A DNA stretch of 64,000 bases. Origin: Schmidtea polychroa. Taxonomy: Eukaryota. Of the stretch, positions 22,385 to 33,612 are shown piece by piece (positions within the stretch are counted from its first letter, which is position 1; each line of letters opens with the position of its first letter). Location: positions 81,840,001 to 81,904,000 of the forward strand of contig CM097885.1 in NCBI GenBank assembly GCA_044892525.1. The letters are read 5' to 3'. Below the pieces are notes generated by a model. The model was not told where the DNA came from, ran no database searches, and was given only the letters and a program-made list of their open reading frames with translations. The translations under genes and the position numbers were made by a program.

Positions 22385-25248
22385 TATCTTCTTCGACAAT
22401 TATTTCACAATTTTCCTCTTCAAGTAGTGTATTCGCACGTTTAGCAAATGAATTTGACTTTTTTTTACATTACTAAAATCACGTGAAAATTTTTTTAAAG
22501 AATTTAATGTGGAAGTTACCATGTTATAAGCTGTTTAATAATTTAAATTGCTGGTTTGTAAATATTTAGATAACGGTCCAATATATTGAAAAATTTTTAA
22601 ATAAATATGCGCTGTAAGTATAACTTTAAATTTCAATAAAGACTCCATTAGTGTTGATGCAGTGTGTCTAATTTGAGCATTGAAAGATACATTAGACACA
22701 AAATAATTCAAAGTTATCAATAAGTCTACATATAATGAGGTTTCTTTGTTATCATAATGCCCAAAATTTTTTTAAGTGCTGTTTCTTTTGCTGATCATCT
22801 TGTTTCACCTATAACGTTAAGTCTCTGATACCTTATTTTTACACTGGTGTTTGATAAGATTCTCTTAGAAATACGGCACACGAGTTGAGTAATTGAAAGA
22901 GAGAAGTACCTTCAATTACCGAACTAGTAGCATCTGTGACAACTAAATTCAATACGTGGGCATAACACCAAACGTGAATTTGACCAGGCGATTCTTTACT
23001 TAACCAACTGGTGAAGCCATTATACTGTCCACGCATGTTTGCTGCTCCGTCTGTCGAATTACCGATACAATTTTTAATATTTAATCCACTGTTTTTAATA
23101 AAAGTACTAATTAAATTGCACATGTCTTTCCCTGTATACGATTTGCAATTTAAAACAGCTACTACACGTTCATAAATATTTCCCTTTACATATCGGACAA
23201 CAATTGAGCACTGATCCTTTTGTGTTATGTCCTGTGTGGTGTCGATTTGCAAAGGAAAAATACCTGCTTCCTGTATATCTAACAAAATGCTATCTTGAAT
23301 TAATTTTCCACTGGCCAAAATTACCTGGTTAATAGTAGATTTTGAAATTAATGAAATAAAACTGCCTCTACCTTTAGTTCCCGCAGATGTTTCATTATTT
23401 TTCTTCTTTTCTTTGATGACTCTTGATAAATGTAATTTTAACACAGCGTCATATTTAGAGAGTAGCAATATTATTTCTAAAAAATTACCATGGTCTTCTT
23501 GATTATTTTCAAGTGAAAGTGAAGAAACAGATTCAGATCGGTGAGCGCGAAAAGCTAATCCTCTTTTTCCAATTAATTTTACAACATCTATAATTCTTTC
23601 CAATACTTGTTTTCGTTCAATAATATTTTTCTGACGTATGCTTCCTTCATTTGTGAACATTAAATTATAAATATCTTTGCCTTTAGATTTGAGCATATGA
23701 CAATTTACACAATTTTCATGAGCCAAACACATGTTACAAAATTGAGCATTTTTTTCCAAACTATATGATAGCCAACGCCTATTTACTTTATCTTCTCTAT
23801 AAAATATTAAATTTGGTTTAAAAGGTAAATTAGTAATGTCATCAATGGTTGGTTGGCATGGATATTTTTTAAAAAACTCTTCATAATTTTGATTTCCTGG
23901 CCTTATGAAATAATTATCTGATAAGAAATTAAACATTTTGTTTGTTGGTGTTATCATTTCATTATTGGCCTGGGTGGAAGTTGAAACTGAAGTTATTTCT
24001 TCGAGAATTGATGTTTCAACTTTATCTGCGCCAATGGGACACATAATAGTATCATCATTCCTCGAAACTGATGAACTTAAATCCAAATCCTTATTCAAAT
24101 TTTCAATATCAAATGCATTGATCTTAGAAGTTAAAGCAAACATATCACTTAATTTAAGAGTATTTTTAGCAGCTTCTTGCATGATTTTTGTCGCTTTTCT
24201 CTCTCTTTTTGAGCGCCTCCTTTAAATTTTCTTTTTTCCATTTTTTCTAAATAATAAACGTAAATAATTTAACAATATAATACAATAAGTATTTATTTAA
24301 CCCATTAACGCCTAAACAAAAATTAATCGATAATTTATTCTTAAAGTTTGCATTGATAGTATACGCTTTAAGAAAATAAGATTTATAAAAAATGTATGAA
24401 AAGAACAATAAATCATCTTACATATATATAGTTTATAAAATAATAATAATAATATTATATAATTAAAAAAAAAGAACACTTCCAGTTGGATGCAGTATAA
24501 GTTAACAATTTTGTTTAATAATAATAACACCGGTGGTCCTAAAGACATAAACAAGCAGCGCGATAGTAACTCCGTATTTAATTTCAAAACATTAAATCTT
24601 ATCTAACAAACAGACCGTCAAATAAGGAACTAAATTTAAAACAAATTTGGACCATTGATTCATTACTGTGTTTATATTAACAAGATAAAACGTGATAAAT
24701 ATTATAGTCTTCCAATATTGTTGAATTTTTTTTTCTTATCGTCCTCAAATGAATATGGCCGGCGTTAATGGGTTAATAACAGACATAAGACTTAGCCATC
24801 GTTCAGTGGATATTTTATGTTTTTTAAAATCCTATTTTATATTTTATGTAACATGAAGTTGTTTCATCTTTGTTTATAGATTATTGTTGGTTTTTGGAGT
24901 CTGTTATTATTTTATGTACAAATGTATGTACTTGTTATGTATGTATTTTTGATTTAAATGAAATAAAAAGATAAAATGCATTTTGAATGATAAACCAAGT
25001 TACATATTTAACAAATTTGGAACCGATCTCATTGAATTTGTATGAATTTGTATTAGAATAATTGATTCGTTATACGGCTTTTAGCTTTGCGGCCAAGTTT
25101 CGTAGAACGTATCTGGGCCGTAAAGCGAGGTATGGATGTATTGTATATTGTTTCATTTATTTATTTTTTTTAATAAGAAGAAATAATTTAATAGTTTACA
25201 TATCGCCGGCCTCGCGGCCTCTAATTCGACCGGCCCAGTCCGCCACTG
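22385..25248 (-). mobile_element. hAT transposon (ZMYM1/DUF4371-like transposase), 3'-truncated
   Basis: ORF 22839-24182 with GLAFRAH, HGNFLEIILLLSKYD, QIDTTQDITQKDQCSIVVRYV, STDGAANMRG, HVWCYAHVLNLVV; remnant 22535-22720; one TIR CAGTGGCGGACTGGGCC ending at 25248; other end lost. Confidence 0.88.
24301..24772. mobile_element. piggyBac-type MITE nested in the hAT 5' region
   Basis: Perfect 12-bp TIRs CCCATTAACGCC / GGCGTTAATGGG flanked by TTAA on both sides. Confidence 0.88.
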
Positions 25249-25269
25249 TTCTTTTTGCACAATCCTCTA

Positions 25270-25410
25270 CTGTATGACTCATCGTTTACTCATCCTTTTA
25301 AGAGTAATGCTTCATTTAATTTTAGAACAAAGACAATGACTCATTACACGACTCATCATCTATTTTTAGAACAAAGACAATGACTCATAAAAACAAGACT
25401 CCACTAGAAC
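25270..25410. promoter_or_regulatory. AP-1-like TGACTCA repeat array, right part
   Basis: AGAACAAAGACAATGACTCAT repeats; TGACTCA at 25275, 25337 and 25381, CGACTCA at 25349. Confidence 0.45.
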
Positions 25411-26482
25411 AAAGATATTATTATTAAAATTATTATTATTATTTTCAATGTAATATTATTACTATTATTATTATTGTGAGGTGTTTTCAGCTGAGAATTA
25501 AATATTTCGATGATTTATTAAAATAATTTTAAATGATAAATAATTGACTGTTTAAAATAACTTTGATTTTTTACGTTTAACAGTATCGTGTGGACATATC
25601 ATTGTGAAATATCAGTGCAAATAGAAGTTAGCAATCTAATGAATCCCTTCAAACCATTTGTCGCAGTTGAATTGCGAGCAAAAGTATATGTAGCTTGACA
25701 ATTAACAACAAATTATAAATATCCTTGGACCATTAAACAAAATACGTATCAAACGAATGCTACTCAAAACATTTATAACATTATACAAATTAACATTTGG
25801 ACAAAAGAGTAGAGAAATTTTGTTGAAATTGAACCGATGATAAATGGAATTTATGTGTATTGGAGAGCAGAAGAACAACAAAAAGTCAGAATTGTCTTCC
25901 AAACCATACTGTTGAGACAATAAATAAAAGAAAATCTTTTGTTAATTACAAATATTTACTAGTAAATCTCACTTACGGTCTTTCAATACATTATTACGAG
26001 AAACTTATTTATGATAATGGGACGTATATGAATAATCAATTGTCTGAAGTTCAAAGTCATTACGAAACAGTACACTTGACAAATGAAACTAACCGAGTTC
26101 AAATAAAATAATTGTGTCACGCCGACCAGGCGCCAGACACAGGGTAAATGTTTTTGTAAATAATAAAATTCAGGTGTAGTAGACGAATACCAACAAAGAG
26201 CAAAGTTTAGTACTCCGAACTTAGAAACTAAACCAAAACCAAGCAAGTTTGTAATAAAATTTCAATATTGCAAATGAAAAACCAATCCGGATTGATGGCA
26301 AATCACATTCATTTAAAATACACATATTCATTTTCCTTATACTCAACTCTTTGGAGAAATAACAATTGATCATAATCTAACATTTCCCGTAAAACTCTTA
26401 TGGAAAAAAAACGAACGCCCTTCATTAAACTGTAAATAAAATTCATCTAGTAACAATTATGTTGAATAACTCTTCATATGCG

Positions 26483-26900
26483 TCATTGTGGCAATACCAA
26501 GCAGTATACTACCTCTTTGGCTATCCCTGCTAAGGTTTTCATTTGAACCTTTCGAAGCATTTCGGGATTTAGCTGTTCCTTTGATGGGGGTTTCACTTGA
26601 TCTTTTCTAGGACGACCTCGTCCATCTTTCTTTGATTTCACCGAAGGTTTTAATGGCTCCGGATTTTTTATTGCTTGTGACGTGGTTGCTCCCACGTTTG
26701 TTTCCTCTGGATTCAGTTTGACTTATTCCGAGAAGTAATCCTCATCCACCTATCTTATTTCCTCGATTTCCTCGACTATTGCGTCTACTGTGTCTGGTAA
26801 ATGTAGTAATAACCATTGGGACTCTGGTGGTGCAACTGGTATAATCATTAGCGTCGTTGTTTCGATCGGTAGACAACCCACATTTACCAGGTATTAATCA
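26483..26900 (-). pseudogene. Degenerate ORF with AT-hook
   Basis: KKDGRGRPRKDQ AT-hook core in ORF 26483-26695; the upstream frame continues with stops. Confidence 0.5.
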
Positions 26901-27607
26901 TCATCCACTTGTCGTCCGTTGCTTGCTCGGTAGCATTTAAGGAAAAGTTTATTTTAACTGATTTACAACATTATAGGCCAATTAAGGCATAAGGGGAGAA
27001 TTTCTCAACCCTTCATAATAAAAAGACATAACATTCATAGGGCGCCGAGTCTAGAACTCAAGCGTCAAACGTGTTTTAACAAATGTTCCATAGCCAACTA
27101 TGGATATCAATGATGTACATCATTGGATTGTCGATTGAACATGGGGAGGGCTGGTTTAAGAACTCATTTGAACACATTGAACACTTTCCATTTGGCTGAT
27201 CCCACTGAATATCGATGTATCATTGCATGTGAATGAGTCGGCAACTCAAAGGATTCGGCTGTCCGGTTTGAGAGCTATGGACCGGTGTCAGTTTAGACCC
27301 AGTTACCTTATTTGAGCTTCGGCCGTTTTTGCAGAGGCTGAGAATCCTAAACAGCTCTGGTTCTAACATAAGACGGCGGGATATAGAGAAACCATGTGCC
27401 GGAAGATCGAACCGCTGACGAAAGCAGGCACGACAGTTGGATAGTGTACAGGAGATCCTCCACATAGAACAAAATGATCTGTTCTGATCTTCAGGAGAGT
27501 GCCAAATCCGAGTTCGTGGGCCGTTTTCTAATTGAGAAGTGTAGGACCATAGGTATAGCTGTGGTAACAGGCATATTGTTTATAAACACATCAGCAGGCA
27601 GATTTGA

Positions 27608-27727
27608 ATGTGAGTGCTCTGGATATCTTGATGTGAATGCTTTAGATATTCGTATGTGAATGCTTTGGATAACTGGATGTGAATGCTTTGGATATCTGGA
27701 TGTGAATGCTTTGGAGATTTTGGATGC
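27608..27727. repeat. 23-bp tandem repeat, about 5 copies
   Basis: ATGTGAATGC recurs at 27631, 27654, 27677 and 27700. Confidence 0.85.
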
Positions 27728-28112
27728 ATGATCGGGAGTGTCTCTAGAAATGTACTCTTCTGGATAGGTATAATATGGTGTAGAGATATGAAATCAGACA
27801 GTAGAACATATAAGTTATAAGTTTCTAGAAATGGATGTTAAATATTGTACAATGCTACTCAAAATGAAAAATAGTGCAAAGCAAATCGGCCGATAAGCTG
27901 CGTTTAAAATTTCTTTTCTTTTGATGCAATTTTTTCCATTGATGCAATTTAAAACTCTGCCAAAAAAGATGTCTTTACTTTAATAATACAATTGTATGCC
28001 ATTGGTAATAGTACTTTTCCGAGCATTCGAATATCAGTTATATTTTGCCTTGTCTCTCAGACTGACTTCGAATATCTTTCCCATTTTTCCTCATCAGCGC
28101 CTCAATATGCGT

Positions 28113-28760
28113 CTAATATAGGCTTGTTTCCTTTACAAAAGGCATGATGAGTGGAATTATCACTTCCAACATTTCCACCGGTATTCTTAATACTATAATC
28201 CAGTCTAATATTTCCTTTATTGTTTCTCCATCTCGTGGAGACGTTTGTAATTCTAACCCTAGTCGCTGGGTTAGTTGTTGGGATTCCTCCAACTGCTCAA
28301 TTTCTATTTGTGTGATCAACAATACACTGTCTTGACCTACTACTGCTACGGGTGTCTGTGCCCGCTTGGCAATGAGTTTTGTTACCCTGCCATTTTGCAT
28401 AGGCGTTTTGCTTGCTACCAGTTTTACTCCATAAAAGTATAAATCATATCTTTGATGTTTTATACCTTTCAATGTTTCTACTAGTTTATCAACCCGACAC
28501 CTCACATTTATGTCAAGGTTGTACTCCTTTTCCTGCGGGAGTTTGATAATGAGTTGGGCATCTTGTAGATCCCATTCATGTTTCAAAGCTTGTCCAAATT
28601 TCTTTAGGATTATCTGCGTATCTTTGTAATATTTTGAATCATCTTCGTCTTGTGATATCAGTTTTACTACTGTATCAATGTCACTATTTTTGATTTCTGG
28701 TTTTGCCATTTTCTCTAATTGTCGAACCAGCTTCTCATATTTAGAATCAACCAGTTTCAT
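28113..28760 (-). CDS. 215-aa intronless ORF of unknown function
   Basis: Uninterrupted ATG-to-stop ORF within retroelement-like DNA; no recognised motif. Confidence 0.55.
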   Translation of the reverse strand: MKLVDSKYEKLVRQLEKMAKPEIKNSDIDTVVKLISQDEDDSKYYKDTQIILKKFGQALKHEWDLQDAQLIIKLPQEKEYNLDINVRCRVDKLVETLKGIKHQRYDLYFYGVKLVASKTPMQNGRVTKLIAKRAQTPVAVVGQDSVLLITQIEIEQLEESQQLTQRLGLELQTSPRDGETIKEILDWIIVLRIPVEMLEVIIPLIMPFVKETSLY

Positions 28761-28859
28761 ACATTTGATTCGGGTATCTGACCCTTCTTCGACCTTTGTC
28801 TTGTTTGACGAACTTACTTCGGACTTGCTCAGTTAAGGTGTGCGAAGTCCGATAGTAAA

Positions 28860-29330
28860 ACCCTAAAAAACAACACAATCTTTAAATAAACTTCAACAAG
28901 TACATTTACTTCCAGTGTGAAGTTTGCTTTATTGAACATTTAATATCTAGAAATGAAATTCCACCACCTTTGAATAGATGAATTCCATATTCAACTTCCC
29001 GCTTCCTAAAACAGCTTCACAATTGAGAAGTTTTTAAAGAACAGTTTATTATTGTCATCGCTCCATACCGAGTTTCAGATATTTTATCACCTCTATCACC
29101 TCATAAATTTGGGCCAACTTAAAACGGTTTTTATCATTTTTGACGACTTGAGCGACAGCAAACCTCATTCAAACTTAGAGAAAATTCCTGTCGATAGTAT
29201 TACAACCGAATTAAACAACAAGCTTTCCTAAAATCTATTCAACGAGTCGAAAGAAATTGCGCGTATTTTAACCACATTTTACACATCTGATAAAAACACC
29301 TTTCAAATCCACATCAAGCCATAACATTAT
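28860..29330 (+). pseudogene. Degenerate gypsy RT C-terminus/thumb remnant, not in the ORF track
   Basis: YFQCEVCFIEHLISRNEIPPPLNR / NSIFNFPLPKTASQLRSF*RTVYYCHRSIPSF / NLFNESKEIARILTTF matches the RT thumb consensus EVxFLGHxISxxGI...FPxPxTxxQLRSFLG. Confidence 0.6.
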
Positions 29331-30687
29331 GACAACCTTCTCTTTAGGGACAACAGGCAGCAGCGATCCACTAACAATGTAGCACATTGCGACAATATTC
29401 GGGTTCACCAAATTTGTGATACTTTTAAACCTCCACGACTTCCTCGAGTCTGCTCTGATGAGGATTAAGTCACCTTATGTCAAAATTTACAGCTGGATAT
29501 TTTTCATTTCAGCACTATATATTATTTACTCTTCTCTCCGAATTCATCCCAAATTTTATAATCCTACACGATTTCAGGCGTTTAAATAAATTCTTTTCGT
29601 CTTTTACACATGTGAGTTTCTATGTCAACAATAACTTCAAATATTAACTTCCATAACCACCTTTTCATTTACTTCCAATTAATTTTCTTAAAACTATCGG
29701 AGTATTGAAAAGGTTTAGTACCGAATTTTAGGTGTAGTGATAACAACATGGGCCAGAAAAAGCTTCCTTTAAAAGTTATATCCGATAAAGTTTGATTAAT
29801 ACAAATTACTATTATAAAAATACTGAAAATAGTTTAGTTAAATATTCGTAAAGTAATTTATTGCTTAGGTAGAACCCATAGGTAAAATTTAGGTCGAATT
29901 CAAGGGTTACAAAGGCTTGCACCACAATCAGATCATTTAAAAGAAAAAGAAAACATCAAATAAACACAATAATGAATACAACAATTAATAAAAAAAAATT
30001 TAATAAAATTAATAGAATCCGCAAAATGTTTGTAAATATTAAAATTAATTTAAAAAAAATTTTAAATCGCCGATTAGAGAAAACGGTCAAAAACCAACAA
30101 GGCAACCAAAATGGCGATAGATAAACAAAATAGAAAAGAAAGACAAATGTTAATTAACTTTAACATAAAAAATCAAAATAATACAACAAAGACTAATTAA
30201 AAAAGAAAAAGATAAAAAAATGGTTAAAAAGTTTTTTAATGCGGGAGAGAACCAAATATAATTGGTTAACAAACACACACACACACACGCACACACAAAT
30301 AATAGAAAAACAGCGGAATACTGACAAATCGATGCTGTATACCTTTTCATATACTTTTATACCTGTTGTATACTTTTATTACAAACAATTAGTAAATAAT
30401 CTGTAATTCGTATATATATATACCATTTTTATCTCATTTTATCTTATCGAGATACCCCATTAATTGCAAATATGAGAACCGGTCAGAAGTTCGAGCTCCA
30501 GTAGTTGAAATAATAATTAAAACGTAGTAATTAATCAAAATAATTATTCCACCAAGTGTACTCCATATTTATGCTGTTTCGGCACGAGTTAAATTTAATA
30601 AAATTCGAAAAATAACAGACAAGACCACTCGTTGGGGAATTTCAATGCGATAACTCTTGCTTAATACCCCGTCTAAATACACCTTAT

Positions 30688-30900
30688 TGTAATTTTTATT
30701 TGTTTTAGTCTCTGTGAAGAATCTGCAGAACCCTTTAAAAATTGTGACGAGACAGCCGGGGCGCTTGTATGTATGCTAACAAATAATACACAGTAACTAT
30801 AATAATATTCACAATTTTTGTTTAACCATAAAAAATACTTTATTGTCCTATCTGTAAATCTCCGGTCATAGAACGGTACTTTTGGATTTGAATTGTAATC
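30688..30900. mobile_element. LTR-family remnant
   Basis: TGAAGAATCTGCAGAACCC...TGTGACGAGACAGCCGGGGCGCTTGTATGT resembles the family core; boundaries approximate. Confidence 0.4.
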
Positions 30901-31171
30901 AAGTTACTGTTAGTTTTCGGAGGATATATAAAGGTTTATATATAAACCAAAATAAAGGTTTTATTGAAATATTTCATCCCTAATTTATATTTGATAATCT
31001 ATAATTTATTTGAGGAAGGGGTCAAATGCCTCCTTAGCTACGTCTCTAGGATATGGACACGTAATCTAGTTCGTGTTAGGCGATATATCTCTGATATTGA
31101 GATGGGGCCTGAGGAAAAATATTTGTTAAGCGAGTTTTCATGGTAACGGGTTTTACTATATTCATCTAATG

Positions 31172-31465
31172 CAGGGCTTCTTAAACTTTTTTTCATTCAC
31201 GACCCCATTTATGATTGTAAACTTTTTTGCGACCCCTTATAATTTAAAATAAAGATATATAAATTTTTTGTGAAGATTTATTAATTAGGTAATAATATAA
31301 ATACATATGAAAAAATTGACGTTTCAGTTTATTATATTGGTCACTGCGGGCAAATTCCCATTTGCCCAATGAGTAGGAAAACATACGACAATTATGAAAT
31401 TTTATGTATTTAGATATTTTATATAAAAATTTTGCGACCCCAATATTTCGCTAGGCGACCCCATT
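31172..31465. mobile_element. hAT-type MITE remnant upstream of TRAF
   Basis: CAGGGCTTCTTAAACT left end and repeated GCGACCCC subterminal motifs; right TIR not found. Confidence 0.5.
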
Positions 31466-31739
31466 CTAATGGAATTTATTTCATTAATTTAAAATAACAG
31501 GAATAATTTTTTAAAAATTTTTAACCTCACATATTTGTTTAAATGAAACAATAAAAAATCAAAAAACGAATTTCTATCAATGAATTATATCAGAAAAATC
31601 AATAAAATTCTAAAAAATATTTCACACACAGACAAGTGTCACTAAAGCACAATTGAAAGATGATAGCAACAGAGCACTTCATATGTCATTTCTATTTTTT
31701 TATTTGAAATTTTAACTTTTATTAAATTGTTTTATCGCA

Positions 31740-32907
31740 ATGGAAACTTACGAGAAAATTTGGGATCTTCTAGACAAATATTCATTTAAAATAGATCCGC
31801 AAATAGCGATATTTGTCACTTGTTGCATCTGTGAAAACTTACTCCTGGGTGCCTCACAGGGGCCCTGTGGCTGTATGTATTGTATAGATTGCATTGAGAA
31901 ATGCCTCGAAGACGGACCGAAAAGTTGTCCCGGAGACACTAAAGAATGTGGACAAAAGTCCTTAACGATGGAGAGTATTATTAAAATAGATAACAGTGCA
32001 AACCGGCGCATATCAAAATTGCAAGTGAAATGTCCAATTGGATTCTGTAATTTCCAAGGGGAAATGAATGAAATGGTAGAGCATGTGCCGAATTGTGAAA
32101 AAAAACAGGTTATTGTAATAACGATTAAAACAATAAATGTTTTTGTTGATTTAGTCACAAATGATGGAATTAAACAAAGAAATCGGGGATATGAAAATTA
32201 AATATAATGAACTTTTGATGATGATAAAATCAACAGAAGAACAAACCGAGAGGCAGCATTCCCAATTGAAACAATACATGGAAGATAATATGAAAAAGTT
32301 AAGACAAGAAATCAACAAGTATAAAGACTATGATGAAAGAAGAGATGTAATAATGTTTTGTTGAGGAATTGAAAATATATAAAAATAAATGTTCTAGAGA
32401 AAAATTATGGAGCTCGAACGACAAATCCGAGAATTACAAGATCGGCCAGTAATTGAGAGACTAATAGCTCCACCAGTAAAAGAAATTTCTATTAAACATG
32501 TTTGGGATATTGAAAAGATTTCTCGGATTAAGAAAAAAGGTGCTGTCGTTTGGAGTGAATTATTTTATTCGATTAATCAAGAATATCTCATGAGGCTTTG
32601 GCTCCATCCGAATGGATCTGCGGTTGGCACCGCACATCACATAAGCATTGAGTTTTGTATATGTGACGATGCGGATAATCCCCTTTTGAAATGGCCCATC
32701 AAATGCAATATCAGCGTTGTCTTGAAAAGCAAAGATTTTCCAGATAAAACCGAAAAATCTCTGTCAAGAAATTGTTTAATCTCGAAAGCATTATTTCCTC
32801 AGTTCAGCTCGGAATATTTTCATTTCATATATTCTGACCCCGATGTCGCTGCTCTTTTACAAACGAAAACTCTTACAGTAGAATGTGAAGCTGAAATCGG
32901 TCATTGA
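31740..32907 (+). CDS. traf: TRAF-family protein (RING-like, TRAF zinc finger, coiled coil, MATH); 3 exons, 356 aa
   Basis: Exons 31740-32108, 32155-32346 and 32398-32907 join in frame through GT-AG introns of 46 and 51 bp. Motifs CCIC...PCGCMYCIDC...CP; LQVKCP..C...HVPNC; MATH HVWDIE...SELFY...YLMRLWLHPNG...HISI...LKWP. Confidence 0.9.
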
Positions 32908-33265
32908 CATTTTCTGAAATTGTATTTGACAATAAATTTTTAAGAGTATCTAGATTTAAATTTCCCATAACTCATATGCTCAGCATATCAATTACCGTTG
33001 TACATAGGTCCGTAATTTTGATTGACATTGGCATAGTTATGAATTGCAATACATCCAACTCTTTCTACTCTTTCTAGTTGGATAAAAAGTGAAAAGTTCG
33101 AATACTTATTCCAGGAGTCAAGATAAATGGAGCCAACATCCAACTCTTTCTATATATTTCTATATATAGTATTTATTAATAAACTTGACTATTATGAATC
33201 AGTAAAGATATTTTGGCAATCACTTGAAAAGTGTCAGTGCCGAAAATTCGTGAATATCAAAAAAA

Positions 33266-33269
<4 letters not shown>

Positions 33270-33347
<78 letters not shown>

Positions 33348-33448
33348 TGATTCACAGTCAAGCTCTTTAATAAATACAATGTCAATGGAAATGAAATCAA
33401 TAGTGAAGATTGAAAAAAGTTCTTATTATATATATATATATATATATA
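33270..33448. repeat. (TA)n microsatellites
   Basis: TA runs at about 33270-33346 and 33428-33448. Confidence 0.95.
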
Positions 33449-33612
33449 CTTTATGTCACAATTGACTCTTTTTGGCGCTTTTTGAGCATGATCCGAAATT
33501 TTTCTACTATACATGCAGAGTACGCAAAAATGGTAAAAAATTAACAAATAATATAAAAATATTTATTATGACAACAATATCCTATCGAAATATTGAAATC
33601 TTTATGAGAGTT

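Noticed and set aside
25550-25680. Possible third, very decayed RING (SCGHII...PF(C)R)
   Set aside because: Needs several frameshifts and the N-terminal CxxC is missing, so it could be chance
27608-27727. CRISPR-like array
   Set aside because: Head-to-tail 23-bp tandem without unique spacers, in eukaryotic DNA with no cas genes
29453-29490. CTGATGA as a hammerhead core (also at 28092 and 46299 on the minus strand)
   Set aside because: No stem II followed by GAAA
31748-32158. 136-aa minus-strand ORF
   Set aside because: Antisense shadow of TRAF exon 1
33127-33547. ORFs with YI/IY repeats
   Set aside because: Translation of (TA)n microsatellites
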